DNA from: Acidimicrobiales bacterium
Lineage (GTDB): Bacteria; Actinomycetota; Acidimicrobiia; Acidimicrobiales; GCA-2861595
DNA: 64,000 nt
Assembly (NCBI GenBank): GCA_036262515.1
Contig: DATAIT010000031.1
Span: forward strand, 8,678-72,677
Reading direction: 5' to 3'
The notes beneath the pieces were generated by a model. The model was not told the DNA's origin. It did no database searches and saw nothing but the letters and a program-made list of their open reading frames with translations. A program made the position numbers and the translations under genes. Of the stretch, positions 53,623-62,315 are shown in pieces (the first letter of the stretch is position 1; each line of letters opens with the position of its first letter).

Positions 53623-53780
53623 GCACGGCAGGTGCCGGGTCGGGCAGGGTCCCGGCGCTACAATTGCCCAGGGCCGGGCTCAAGCCGAACACGCCCGCTG
53701 CCGTACCTCCACATGGAGGGTTTCCGTGGTGAGCAGCGCCGAGACGGGTCCTTCGAGCACCGCCGCCGCCCGATCCGGAG

Positions 53781-55562
53781 ATGTTCATGGAGCCCATTGA
53801 GTACGCCAGGCTGATCCGACGCAGGTGGCGGATCCTCGCCGCGTGCTGCCTGGTGTCCTTCGTCGTCGTCTGGGTCCTCACGCCCGCCTCGCCGGCCGCA
53901 GAGGACCCCGAGTACGTGGGCGAGCACACCTTGATCCGCAGCGACGACAACGCGTCGCCGCAGGCGCTGGTCACCGTGGCCCTGTTCGTGAAGACCGGTG
54001 AGGTTCCCCGCCGCGTCGCCGAACGCATCGGCTTCACGCGCGACCCCGCCCTGCTTGCCAGGAGCGTCGATGTCGACGTGGACGAGCAGATCGGCACCCT
54101 CACCGTGCAGGCCACCGCCAACGGGCGGGCGGCCGCCAGCGAGCTGGCCAACGCCTTCGCCGAGGAGACGCTGGCCGTCCTCGGCGAGAAGGCACAGCAG
54201 GCCCTGGAGAAGACCAAGAGCGACCTGGCCGCGCGCGTCGTCAAGCGGCGGGCCACCATCGACGACCTCGAGCACCAGAGCGCGGCGGCCCGCGCCGCCG
54301 GCAACTCCTCCGAGCTGATCGACGCGCAGCGCGATGCCGAGCTCCGCCTCTACGGCGCCGACCTCGAGCTCCAGCAGAAGCAGGCCGACCTACCGCCGCC
54401 TTCCGCCGGCTTCGTGACCCTCGAAGCCGCCACCCCCGACCTGGCCGAGCCGAAGAACGCGGGCCTCGGCGTGCCGGCCAGCCGCCCCGGCCGCGCTGCG
54501 GCGGCGGGCCTTCTCGGCCTGCTGCTCGGCGCCGTCGTCGCCCTGGTCGTCGAGCGGGTGGACCCCGCCATCACCCTGCGCTCGGGCGCCGAGCGGGCGT
54601 TCAAGCTACCGGTCGTGGCCGAGGTGCCCTTCAGCCGGGGTCGGCGCTACGACGTGGCCACCGCCACCGACCCGTCCTCGTCGGTGGCCGAGGCATACCG
54701 CGCCGTGCGCTCCGCCCTGCTTCTCATTCCCGGTACCACCCTCGGCCGCGTCGACGACATCCCGAGCGCCGAGCCGGCCCGCCCCGATCCTTCCGTCCGG
54801 GTGCCGAGCATCCTCGGGCCGACCGGGAACGGCCACGTCGCACCGCCCACCGACGGGGCCGGGAGCGCCCCCTTCACCGAGCCGCAGGTCGTGCTGGTGA
54901 CGTCGGCTGCGCCCAGCGAGGGCAAGACGGCCACCGTGGCCAACCTGGCCGCCAGCTTCGCCGAGACCGGACGCTCGGTCCTCGTGCTCAGCTGCGACTT
55001 CCGCCGGCCCTCGATCCACGAACATCTCGGCGTGCGACAGGCATGGGGTCTCACCGACGTCCTCGAGGGCGGTTCGGCGGCGCCCAGGCTCGCCGACGTG
55101 GTGAAGGAGACCCACATCCCCGGCGTGCGCATCGCCACCAACGGCTCCCCCCTCGACAGCTATGGCGAGGTGGCGGCCGGCGGTCGCCGGCTGGTGCAGG
55201 AGGCACGGTCGCTGGCCGACATCGTGCTCATCGACACCGCCCCCCTTCTCGTGGCCCACGAGGCGACAGAGCTCATCCCCGCCGCCGACACCGTGCTCGT
55301 GGTGTGCCGCAGCGGCCAGACGTCGAAGGAGGACGCGGTGCGCACGCGCGAGATGCTCACGCGCCTGCGGGCGTCGGTGGCCGGCGTGGTGCTGGTGGGC
55401 GCGCCGGAGAGCGACACCGGGTACTCGACCTACTACTACGAGGCCCGCCCCAAGCCGGCACGGCGCGGCATGGGTGCCTGGATCCTCGGGCGGGCGCCGG
55501 CCAAGCAGCCCGAGCCGACGACCGACGTGAGCGAGCCGGAGAGGAAGCGGGCCGTCACCTGA
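53781..55562 (+). CDS. polysaccharide co-polymerase (Wzz domain) fused to a BY-type tyrosine autokinase
   Basis: N-terminal TM (ILAACCLVSFVVVWVL), coiled-coil periplasmic region, second TM. Walker A SAAPSEGKTATVANLA, Walker B IVLIDTAPL, C-terminal Tyr cluster GYSTYYYEA. Confidence 0.85.
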   Translation: MFMEPIEYARLIRRRWRILAACCLVSFVVVWVLTPASPAAEDPEYVGEHTLIRSDDNASPQALVTVALFVKTGEVPRRVAERIGFTRDPALLARSVDVDVDEQIGTLTVQATANGRAAASELANAFAEETLAVLGEKAQQALEKTKSDLAARVVKRRATIDDLEHQSAAARAAGNSSELIDAQRDAELRLYGADLELQQKQADLPPPSAGFVTLEAATPDLAEPKNAGLGVPASRPGRAAAAGLLGLLLGAVVALVVERVDPAITLRSGAERAFKLPVVAEVPFSRGRRYDVATATDPSSSVAEAYRAVRSALLLIPGTTLGRVDDIPSAEPARPDPSVRVPSILGPTGNGHVAPPTDGAGSAPFTEPQVVLVTSAAPSEGKTATVANLAASFAETGRSVLVLSCDFRRPSIHEHLGVRQAWGLTDVLEGGSAAPRLADVVKETHIPGVRIATNGSPLDSYGEVAAGGRRLVQEARSLADIVLIDTAPLLVAHEATELIPAADTVLVVCRSGQTSKEDAVRTREMLTRLRASVAGVVLVGAPESDTGYSTYYYEARPKPARRGMGAWILGRAPAKQPEPTTDVSEPERKRAVT

Positions 55563-55575
55563 ACGGGGCCGGGAG

Positions 55576-56991
55576 ATGATCGCCGCGCTTCGGACCAGCA
55601 CCCTGCGGCCCTACGGGGTCACGATCCCCGCCATCGCCGCCGTCGGCGCCTACATGGCCTTCCTGTCGTGGGCCGTCGAGAACAGCGGGTACGACACCTG
55701 GGGCGGCGTGCTCGTCGCCACCGCCGTACTGCTCGCCAGCCTGCCGGTCGTCCGCTACCTGGCCCGGCGCGAGGCGGATCCGCGGGTCGCCCGCCTGCTC
55801 CCCTGGGCGCTGGCGCTCAAGCTCGGGGCCTCGCTCATCCGCCTGGCCATCACGTTCGGCGTCTACGACGGCGTGGCGGACGCCACGACCTACCACTCGG
55901 CCGGCCAGCTGCTCGCCCCGCTGTACCGGCGCGGCGACTTCTCCGCCGACATCGGCCCGCTCGTCGGGACCGGCTTCGTGAAGGCGCTCACCGGCGTGGT
56001 CTACGCGGTCATCGGTGCCACCCGCCTCGGGGGTTTCGTCGTCTTCTCGTGGTTCGGCTTCTGGGGCCTCTACCTCTTCTACCGGGCCTTCTGCGTGGCG
56101 TGCCCCGAAGGCGACCAGTGGCGCTACGCCCGCCTGGTGTTCCTCCTGCCCTCCTTGCTGTTCTGGCCCTCGAGCATCGGCAAGGAAGCGTGGATGACCC
56201 TGGCGCTCGGGATGGCCACCTACGGCGCGGCCAGGATCCTGACCCGCGCACGCGGTGGGTTCGCCGCGCTCGCCGCCGGCGGCCTGGCCATGATGGCGGT
56301 GCGGCCCCACGTGGCGATCATCCTGGTGGTGAGCCTCGTGCCCGCCTACCTGTTCCGGCGCCCTCCAGCCGGCGGGTCCATCCTCGGGCCGGTCGCCAAG
56401 ATCGGCGGAATCCTGCTGCTCGGGGTGATCCTCGCCGTCGCTGTCGGCGAGGCCTCGGAGCTGTTCGGGCTCCAGGACCGGTTCGACGCCGAAGCGGTGT
56501 CCCAGGTGCTCGAGCGGGCCAACGAGCAGACGGCGGTGGCGGGGTCGGCGTTCGGGACCGGTTCGACGGATTTCTCGCCGTCGGCCTTCCCCCGCGAGCT
56601 GATGTCCGTGCTGTTCCGCCCCTATCCCTGGGAGGCGGGCAACGCCCTTGCCTTCGCGGCGTCGATCGAGGGCACGTTCCTCCTCGGCCTCATGGTCGTG
56701 TGCCGGGGCCGGCTGGTGGGTGCCGTCCGGTCCATCCTGCGGACGCCGTACGTCGTCCTGTGCCTCGTCTACGCCGTGCTCTTCATCTACGGCTTCTCCA
56801 GCTTCGCCAACTTCGGGGTCTTGACGCGCCAGCGCGTGCAGGTGTTCCCCTACCTGCTGGTCCTCCTGGCGCTCCCGTCCCACCGCCACACCGACGGCGG
56901 TTGGCGCGACCTGTTCACCCGGCCCTACGACGACGTGCCCGGCGAGGCGGACGGCGAGCGCAGCCTGGCGTCCACGTCGCCTCCGCGATGA
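55576..56991 (+). CDS. polytopic membrane protein, candidate glycan polymerase
   Basis: 471 aa with about 11 hydrophobic segments and no soluble domain. Placed between the Wzz-kinase and the PqqD-like gene. No motif recognised. Confidence 0.45.
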   Translation: MIAALRTSTLRPYGVTIPAIAAVGAYMAFLSWAVENSGYDTWGGVLVATAVLLASLPVVRYLARREADPRVARLLPWALALKLGASLIRLAITFGVYDGVADATTYHSAGQLLAPLYRRGDFSADIGPLVGTGFVKALTGVVYAVIGATRLGGFVVFSWFGFWGLYLFYRAFCVACPEGDQWRYARLVFLLPSLLFWPSSIGKEAWMTLALGMATYGAARILTRARGGFAALAAGGLAMMAVRPHVAIILVVSLVPAYLFRRPPAGGSILGPVAKIGGILLLGVILAVAVGEASELFGLQDRFDAEAVSQVLERANEQTAVAGSAFGTGSTDFSPSAFPRELMSVLFRPYPWEAGNALAFAASIEGTFLLGLMVVCRGRLVGAVRSILRTPYVVLCLVYAVLFIYGFSSFANFGVLTRQRVQVFPYLLVLLALPSHRHTDGGWRDLFTRPYDDVPGEADGERSLASTSPPR

Positions 56992-57287
56992 CCGACGGCG
57001 AGTGCTGGGCCCGGGCCGACGCAGCGCTGTTCCGGCGCTGCTGGGGCACGGTCCTCGTCCGCCTGCCGGACGGCCCGGTGCACACGCTCACCGGCACCGC
57101 CTCGGAGATCTGGGAGCTCCTCGCGCGTCGGTCGACGGTGGCCGAGCTGGTCCATGCGCTGTCGCATCGGTACGACGCCGTGCCGGACGTTATCGGGCCG
57201 GACGTGGCCCGCTTCATCGAGACGTTGTCCGCCGCCGGCGTCGTCGCGGCCGGCCCGGGTCCTTCGACGGCTTCGCCCGTTGCCTGA
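56988..57287 (+). CDS. PqqD-family (RRE-type) small protein
   Basis: ATG 56988 overlaps the preceding stop (ATGA). VHTLTGTASEIWELLARRSTVAELVHALSHRYDAVPDVIGPDVARFIETLSAAGVV matches the PqqD winged-helix pattern. Confidence 0.75.
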   Translation: MTDGECWARADAALFRRCWGTVLVRLPDGPVHTLTGTASEIWELLARRSTVAELVHALSHRYDAVPDVIGPDVARFIETLSAAGVVAAGPGPSTASPVA

Positions 57288-58425
57288 GGGGTCCGGGATC
57301 CCGATCCCGGGCACGCCGCTGCTGCGGGCGGTGGCCGCCTACGGCCTGCCCGGTACCCGTCCCCCGTTCCCCACCGTGCCCCTCCCGGACGGTGCATGGG
57401 CCGACCTCCTCGGCGGCGCCGGCCGCCAGCGCGTGGTCGGTTTACTGGCGGCGGCGGTCGGCGACGGCGCGTTCGAGGTGAGCGCCGGCCAGCGTGACGA
57501 GCTGGCCGACGTGCACTGCGCCACCATGACCAGGGTCCTCGACATCGAGGCGGCCGCCGTGCACGTCGTCGGCCTCCTCGGCGGTGCAGGCGTCGACGTC
57601 CGGGTCCTCAAGGGGCTCGCCGCCGCCCATCTCGACCTGCCGGACCCCTCGCAGCGCGAGTTCGGGGATGCCGACCTCCTCGTCCGGCCCAGCGCCTTCG
57701 CGCCGGCCGTCGAGCTGCTCGTCGCCGCCGGGCTGCCGCGGGACCTGCCCGAGCGGCGGGCCGGGTTCGACCGTCGCTTCGGCAAGGACGCCACCGTCTA
57801 CGGCCGGAGCGGCGTGGAGATCGATCTCCACCGCACCCTGGCCCTCGGCGCCTTCGGCATGGCCCTCGAGCCGGACCTCGTCTGGGACGACGGCGAGCCG
57901 TTCCGGATGGGGCCGCACGAGGTCCGCGCCCTGGCACCCGCCGCCCGGCTCGTGCACGCCTGCTACAGCGCCGTGCTCGGCGACCGCGTCCCACGGCTGC
58001 CCGCGCTGCGTGATGTCGCCGCCCTCGCCGGTCGGGCCGACATGGCCGCCGATGTGGTCGTACGGCTGGCCGAGCGGGGCCGGGGCGGTTCGGTGGTGGC
58101 GCTCGGGGTGCGGCTGGCGGCCGAGACCATGGGGACCGGCTCGTCGTGGCCACTGTCGCCCTGGGCCCGGGCCCGTCCGCAGTCACGGTGGGAGCGCACC
58201 GCCCTCGCCTCCTACGAGAGCCATGGAGGTACCAACACGTCCACCTTGCTGGCGGGGGTCCTCGGCCTGTCGACGGCGGGCGCCCGGCTGTCGTATCTGT
58301 CGGCCCTGGCCTTCCCCGCTCGCCACTACCTGTCGGCACGGCGCGACGCCGGCCGACCCTCCGAGCGCCGGCAAGGCCTGCACGAGTTGGCGCTCGGCAG
58401 GCGAGCCCGCCGGACGCCCGGCTGA
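57280..58425 (+). CDS. uncharacterised nucleotidyltransferase (NTP_transf_5-like)
   Basis: Frame of ORF 57154-58425. TTG 57280 is proposed as the start (uncertain). Motifs: VDVRVLKGLAAAHLDLPDPSQREFGDADLLVRPSAF...VEIDLHRTL, the G-x-D-x-D plus DLH pattern of this family. Confidence 0.7.
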   Translation: MPEGSGIPIPGTPLLRAVAAYGLPGTRPPFPTVPLPDGAWADLLGGAGRQRVVGLLAAAVGDGAFEVSAGQRDELADVHCATMTRVLDIEAAAVHVVGLLGGAGVDVRVLKGLAAAHLDLPDPSQREFGDADLLVRPSAFAPAVELLVAAGLPRDLPERRAGFDRRFGKDATVYGRSGVEIDLHRTLALGAFGMALEPDLVWDDGEPFRMGPHEVRALAPAARLVHACYSAVLGDRVPRLPALRDVAALAGRADMAADVVVRLAERGRGGSVVALGVRLAAETMGTGSSWPLSPWARARPQSRWERTALASYESHGGTNTSTLLAGVLGLSTAGARLSYLSALAFPARHYLSARRDAGRPSERRQGLHELALGRRARRTPG

Positions 58426-58538
58426 TCCCGCAGGACCAAGGTCGGGCGCTCTCGGTGGTCGAAGGAGACGGTTTGTCACACAGCGTCCACCTGCTACCGT
58501 ATGCGGCAATCGAGATGGTGGGGACGGGGAGAACGCAC

Positions 58539-59069
58539 ATGGAACGAGAGACGGGAACCGAAGGCCTTTCGAGGCGTGACGTCCTCAAGCGCTCCGCCGT
58601 CGTCGGCGGTCTCGTGTGGGTGGCCCCGACGGTGCTGTCGTCTTCGGCAGGCGCCACGTCTAATCTCGCCAACTGCGCGCCCTCCTCTCGATTCGCGCTG
58701 AAGCACGGCGCCCCGAACGAGGCGTGCGAGACACCGGGCACGAACCCCACCACCGGCAACTGCTCGGCCAGCGCCGGCTTCACCTCCTTCCGGGACGGGT
58801 GCTGCCTCGAGTCGCACGGTCTCATCACCTTCAGCGAGAGCGGCAACCACCAGACCCATACCTACGTGCTGGCCAGCGGCGTCGAGCTGGCCGGGGCGTT
58901 CGCGAAGTGCGCGACGGACTGCATCGGCTACTCACCTTCGAGCTCCGTGATCACCGTCACCACCGACCCGTCCACCGGGAAGACCACGGTCACCATCACC
59001 TGCTCCAACCTGTCGCACAGCGAGATCGTCGTGTGCTTCAGCGGTTCGAACGCCCCGAACTGCCCCTGA
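58539..59069 (+). CDS. Tat-signal secreted cysteine-rich protein (10 Cys), paralogous leader to 60523-61263
   Basis: ATG 58539. Leader MERETGTEGLSRRDVLKRSAVVGGLVWVAPTVLSSSAGA (twin-Arg plus h-region plus AxA). The mature ~135 aa have 10 Cys, including a CC pair. No family recognised. Confidence 0.7.
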   Translation: MERETGTEGLSRRDVLKRSAVVGGLVWVAPTVLSSSAGATSNLANCAPSSRFALKHGAPNEACETPGTNPTTGNCSASAGFTSFRDGCCLESHGLITFSESGNHQTHTYVLASGVELAGAFAKCATDCIGYSPSSSVITVTTDPSTGKTTVTITCSNLSHSEIVVCFSGSNAPNCP

Positions 59070-59146
59070 CGACCCCAGACCGCCGGGCCCCGGCGGAGGA
59101 GCAACCGGAGACGGGGCCCAGGTTCTCGACACGGCCGTTCGGCGCG

Positions 59147-59953
59147 TTGGGGCACCGCTTCCGCTTCGAGGTCCCCGACCAGGAATGGGCGGCGTACCTG
59201 GCCGGAGCGCTCGGTTCCCTCGCGTCCGACGGCCCTGCCGGGCGGTGGTCCGTGATCGACCATGGGCTCGAGGCAACCGGCGGGCGGTATGGGGCATACC
59301 GCGACGGCCGCCGGCTCTTCTGGTGCGACGACGCCGACGACGTCGTGCCGCTCCTGCTGTGGTGGGTCAACCGGACGATCTGCTTCGAGACGGACCACCG
59401 GGTGATGGTGCACGCCGCCGCCGTCACTGCCGGCGACCGGGCTCTCGTCCTGCCGGCCCCGCAGGAGTCGGGAAAGACGACGCTGGCGGCAGCCCTTGTC
59501 GGGGAGGGCTTCGGCTACCTCACCGACGAGGCGGCGGCGTTCGACCCCGCCACCGGCGTAGTCGACCCGTATCCCAAGTGGCTGTCGCTCAAGGCCGGGT
59601 CGTGGGCCCTGTTCCCCCACCTCCGGCCACGGTTGCCGGCGCGGGTGGCCCGATTCGCGGCATCGCAGTGGCACGTCGACCCCAACGCCGTCCGCCCGGA
59701 CTCGGTGGCCCGCAGCGCCGAACCGGCGTGGCTCGTCGTCCCTCGCTACGAGCCCGGGCGGTCCACCGATCTCCAGCCCATGGAGCGGTCCGAAGCCCTG
59801 TCGCTGCTCGCCGGGGAGGCGTTCACGCTCCGGCGCTTCGGTCCGGCGGGATTCCAGGTGCTGGCGGAAGTCGTTCGGCGGAGCTCGTGCTGGAGGCTCA
59901 CCACGGGTTCCCTGGACGACGCCGTCGCCGCCGTGCGGTCGATCACCGGCTGA
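59147..59953 (+). CDS. HPr kinase-like P-loop protein (HprK-related kinase)
   Basis: Frame of ORF 58724-59953. Start uncertain (TTG 59147 is the first candidate after the upstream stop). Motif VMVHAAAVTAGDRALVLPAPQESGKTTLAAALVGEGFGYLTDEAAAF is the HprK C-domain pattern: H-A, P-loop, L-x-D-E. Confidence 0.7.
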   Translation: MGHRFRFEVPDQEWAAYLAGALGSLASDGPAGRWSVIDHGLEATGGRYGAYRDGRRLFWCDDADDVVPLLLWWVNRTICFETDHRVMVHAAAVTAGDRALVLPAPQESGKTTLAAALVGEGFGYLTDEAAAFDPATGVVDPYPKWLSLKAGSWALFPHLRPRLPARVARFAASQWHVDPNAVRPDSVARSAEPAWLVVPRYEPGRSTDLQPMERSEALSLLAGEAFTLRRFGPAGFQVLAEVVRRSSCWRLTTGSLDDAVAAVRSITG

Positions 59954-59989
59954 GGCCCCGCCCGGCGGCGATCGTCTACCGTCGCGACG

Positions 59990-60406
59990 GTGCGCGAAGG
60001 ACGCTGGTTCATCTGGCTCGTCGTCGTCCTGGCCACCGTGCTGGCCGCCGACACGCTGCACCTGTTGCCGGGCTCGGACGACGATCGCGTCCGCCGGCGC
60101 CGGCCCGACGTGCTCGGCGAGGTGATCACCCGCGACACTGTCCCCGCCGATCCAGCGCTGACCGCACCCGTGGCGACGGCACCGGCGACGCCGCCGACCG
60201 CGCCGCGCACCGTCCCGACTACGGCGGCGCCGGTCCCGGCCACCGTGGCCCGGGCGAGCACCACGAGGCCCAGCACCACCACCCGCCCGACGGTGGCGAC
60301 GACGACCACCACGGCGACGACGAGCCCCGACGAGACGACCACGTCGACGTATCCCTCAGTCGAGCCGCCGACCGATCCGCCGGACACGGTGACGCCGCAG
60401 ACCTGA
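59990..60406 (+). CDS. membrane-anchored Thr/Pro-rich low-complexity protein
   Basis: GTG 59990. N-terminal helix WFIWLVVVLATVLAA, then ~100 aa dominated by T, P and A (TTRPSTTTRPTVATTTTTATTSPDETTTSTYPSVEPPTDPPDTVTPQT). Confidence 0.5.
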   Translation: MREGRWFIWLVVVLATVLAADTLHLLPGSDDDRVRRRRPDVLGEVITRDTVPADPALTAPVATAPATPPTAPRTVPTTAAPVPATVARASTTRPSTTTRPTVATTTTTATTSPDETTTSTYPSVEPPTDPPDTVTPQT

Positions 60407-60522
60407 GCCTCGCCCGCCCGGAGGGCGGCCAGGCGTCCGGCCGCTCGTCGCCCGACGGTGCGGGACGGATGCGCGGCGCTTCCGGCGCCTCCGCCCTGCT
60501 CACGTGGTGCGGGAGCCGTGCC

Positions 60523-61263
60523 TCAGCAGCTCAAGGGGACGCAGTTGATCTTGGAAAGCTGGGTGACGCAGAGCTCCATCTCGATGAAGTTCAGCTTCGT
60601 GCCGAGCGTCTTGGTGGTCATGTACATGCCGCTGATGGGCGTGGCGCACCCGCACGGCACACCGTTGCTGCTGCCACAGCGCTGGCCGGTGGGCCGAAAG
60701 TCGTCGACCTGGCCGGTGCAGCGGGTGCTGGCCGGGCCGGTCCCGCCCGTGTACACCTGGAACATGGCGTCGTCGTCGCTGGCCGCCGGATCCGTGAAGA
60801 TGCACGGGTCGTTGTTGCCCGAGCACGCCGGCACGCCGTTGTACTGCTCGGCGTTGAACGACGCCGTCCACCGGTAGATCACGCTGAAGCCCTCGTTGCA
60901 GCGGACGATGTAGCAGCTGTTCTCCGACTTGATGGCGAACTTGTACGGCGTGACGCCGGTGCCGAAGGCGAGGGAGGCCGTGTCGTCGTTGCTGTTGACG
61001 TCGTCGCAGTTGCCCAGCAGGCCGGCGCCCACGAGGCAGTCGAACTCGAAGCGGGCGATGGAGCCCGGCTGGAGGCACTGGTTCTGGCACGTCTGGGAGT
61101 TGCCCGGTGCGAACTTGGCGTAGATGAGGTCACCCCCGTCGCAGGCGCAGCATCCGGCCGCTTGGCCCCATGCCCGCCCGCTCGACAGCATCGGCGCAGC
61201 CCACACGAGGCCTCCCGCCACCGCCGACCGCTGCAGCAGCTCCCGTCGTGTCAGCCCGCCCAT
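60523..61263 (-). CDS. Tat-signal secreted cysteine-rich protein (18 Cys)
   Basis: ATG 61263 follows GAGGGGG (ORF track start 61296 is a GTG alternative). Leader MGGLTRRELLQRSAVAGGLVWAAPMLSSGRAWG. The mature part opens with CCAC and contains 18 Cys. Lower GC than the surroundings (56 of the first 100 nt, counted 60523-60622). Confidence 0.7.
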   Translation of the reverse strand: MGGLTRRELLQRSAVAGGLVWAAPMLSSGRAWGQAAGCCACDGGDLIYAKFAPGNSQTCQNQCLQPGSIARFEFDCLVGAGLLGNCDDVNSNDDTASLAFGTGVTPYKFAIKSENSCYIVRCNEGFSVIYRWTASFNAEQYNGVPACSGNNDPCIFTDPAASDDDAMFQVYTGGTGPASTRCTGQVDDFRPTGQRCGSSNGVPCGCATPISGMYMTTKTLGTKLNFIEMELCVTQLSKINCVPLSC

Positions 61264-61373
61264 GTCGCCCCCTCGTGTCCGCCAGCGTTTCGCCACGCAT
61301 AGTGGCTGTGGTCACAGCGTACACGCTGCGTGCCGGCGGGTGAAGCGAAATCTCACCCGATGTGGTGAGAACA

Positions 61374-62315
61374 CTACCGACAAAGACGGTCAAACCCGCC
61401 TGTCTCGACCAGGGTGGCGACCAGCGCCGGGACCCCGGCGAGCCCGTCGAGCACCAATCGGTGGCACGTCGCCCGCCGGACGCACCCTTCCAGGCGCTCG
61501 AACCCCGCCTGGCCCAGGGCGTTGAGGTTGAACGTGAGCGGCAGGAGCCGCTCCAGCGCCTCGGCCCGGGCGACCGGCTCGAGGCGGGCGGTGGCGCCGG
61601 CGACGACCTCGGGGAACACGATGGCGGCGGGGGTGGCTGCGGTCGGTTCGCACGGGATCCCGAGCGATGCCGGCAGCACAAGGCGCAGGTCGCTCACCAT
61701 GGCCGGCACACCGGCCGGCCACCGGTCGGCTGCCTCGGGGACAAGCGACCACGAGCCGGCCTCCAGTGCCAGCGGGCGGGGGTAGGGCCGCACCTCGGCA
61801 CCTCCCGGGCCGAGCGCCGCCACCTCGTCGGAGAGGTACCTCCACCCGGCCAGGACGAGGGCCGTCACCAGCGTGGTCTTGCCGGCGCCGGAGCGGCCCG
61901 GCATCACGACCGCACGGGCCCCCAGGCTGGCGACCGCGGCGTGCACCAGCACGTCCTGCGTCGGGGCGGCCAGGGCGAGGCGGTTGAGCTGCCAGACGAG
62001 CGAGCGGGCCATGGCCGTGGTGGAGGGCGCGGACACCGTGCGGGCGCCGTCCTCGTATGCGGCCCAATACCCACGCACGCTGACGACGTCGAGCCGGGTG
62101 CGGGCGGCCTCGGCGCTCGGAAAGGCGGCGACGAACGCCTCCAGGAACCGGCCCAGCTCTGCGTCCTCACAGCGCAGCAGCAACCGCTCGTCGAGGAGGC
62201 GGATGGGACCGAGCACGGTCGCCCACGTGATCCGGTCGAGGAGCTCCGGGTCGATGGTGAGTGGCGGACCGCCGTCCGGCGCCGGCGCCAGAGCGGCGGC
62301 GTCGAGGACGTTCAC
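61374..62315 (-). CDS. HPr kinase-like P-loop protein (second copy)
   Basis: GTG 62315 overlaps the upstream stop (GTGA 62312-62315). The longer ORF-track start would overlap the upstream gene by 220 nt. Motif VLVHAAVASLGARAVVMPGRSGAGKTTLVTALVLAGWRYLSDEVAAL aligns with the 59147-59953 protein. Confidence 0.75.
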   Translation of the reverse strand: MNVLDAAALAPAPDGGPPLTIDPELLDRITWATVLGPIRLLDERLLLRCEDAELGRFLEAFVAAFPSAEAARTRLDVVSVRGYWAAYEDGARTVSAPSTTAMARSLVWQLNRLALAAPTQDVLVHAAVASLGARAVVMPGRSGAGKTTLVTALVLAGWRYLSDEVAALGPGGAEVRPYPRPLALEAGSWSLVPEAADRWPAGVPAMVSDLRLVLPASLGIPCEPTAATPAAIVFPEVVAGATARLEPVARAEALERLLPLTFNLNALGQAGFERLEGCVRRATCHRLVLDGLAGVPALVATLVETGGFDRLCR

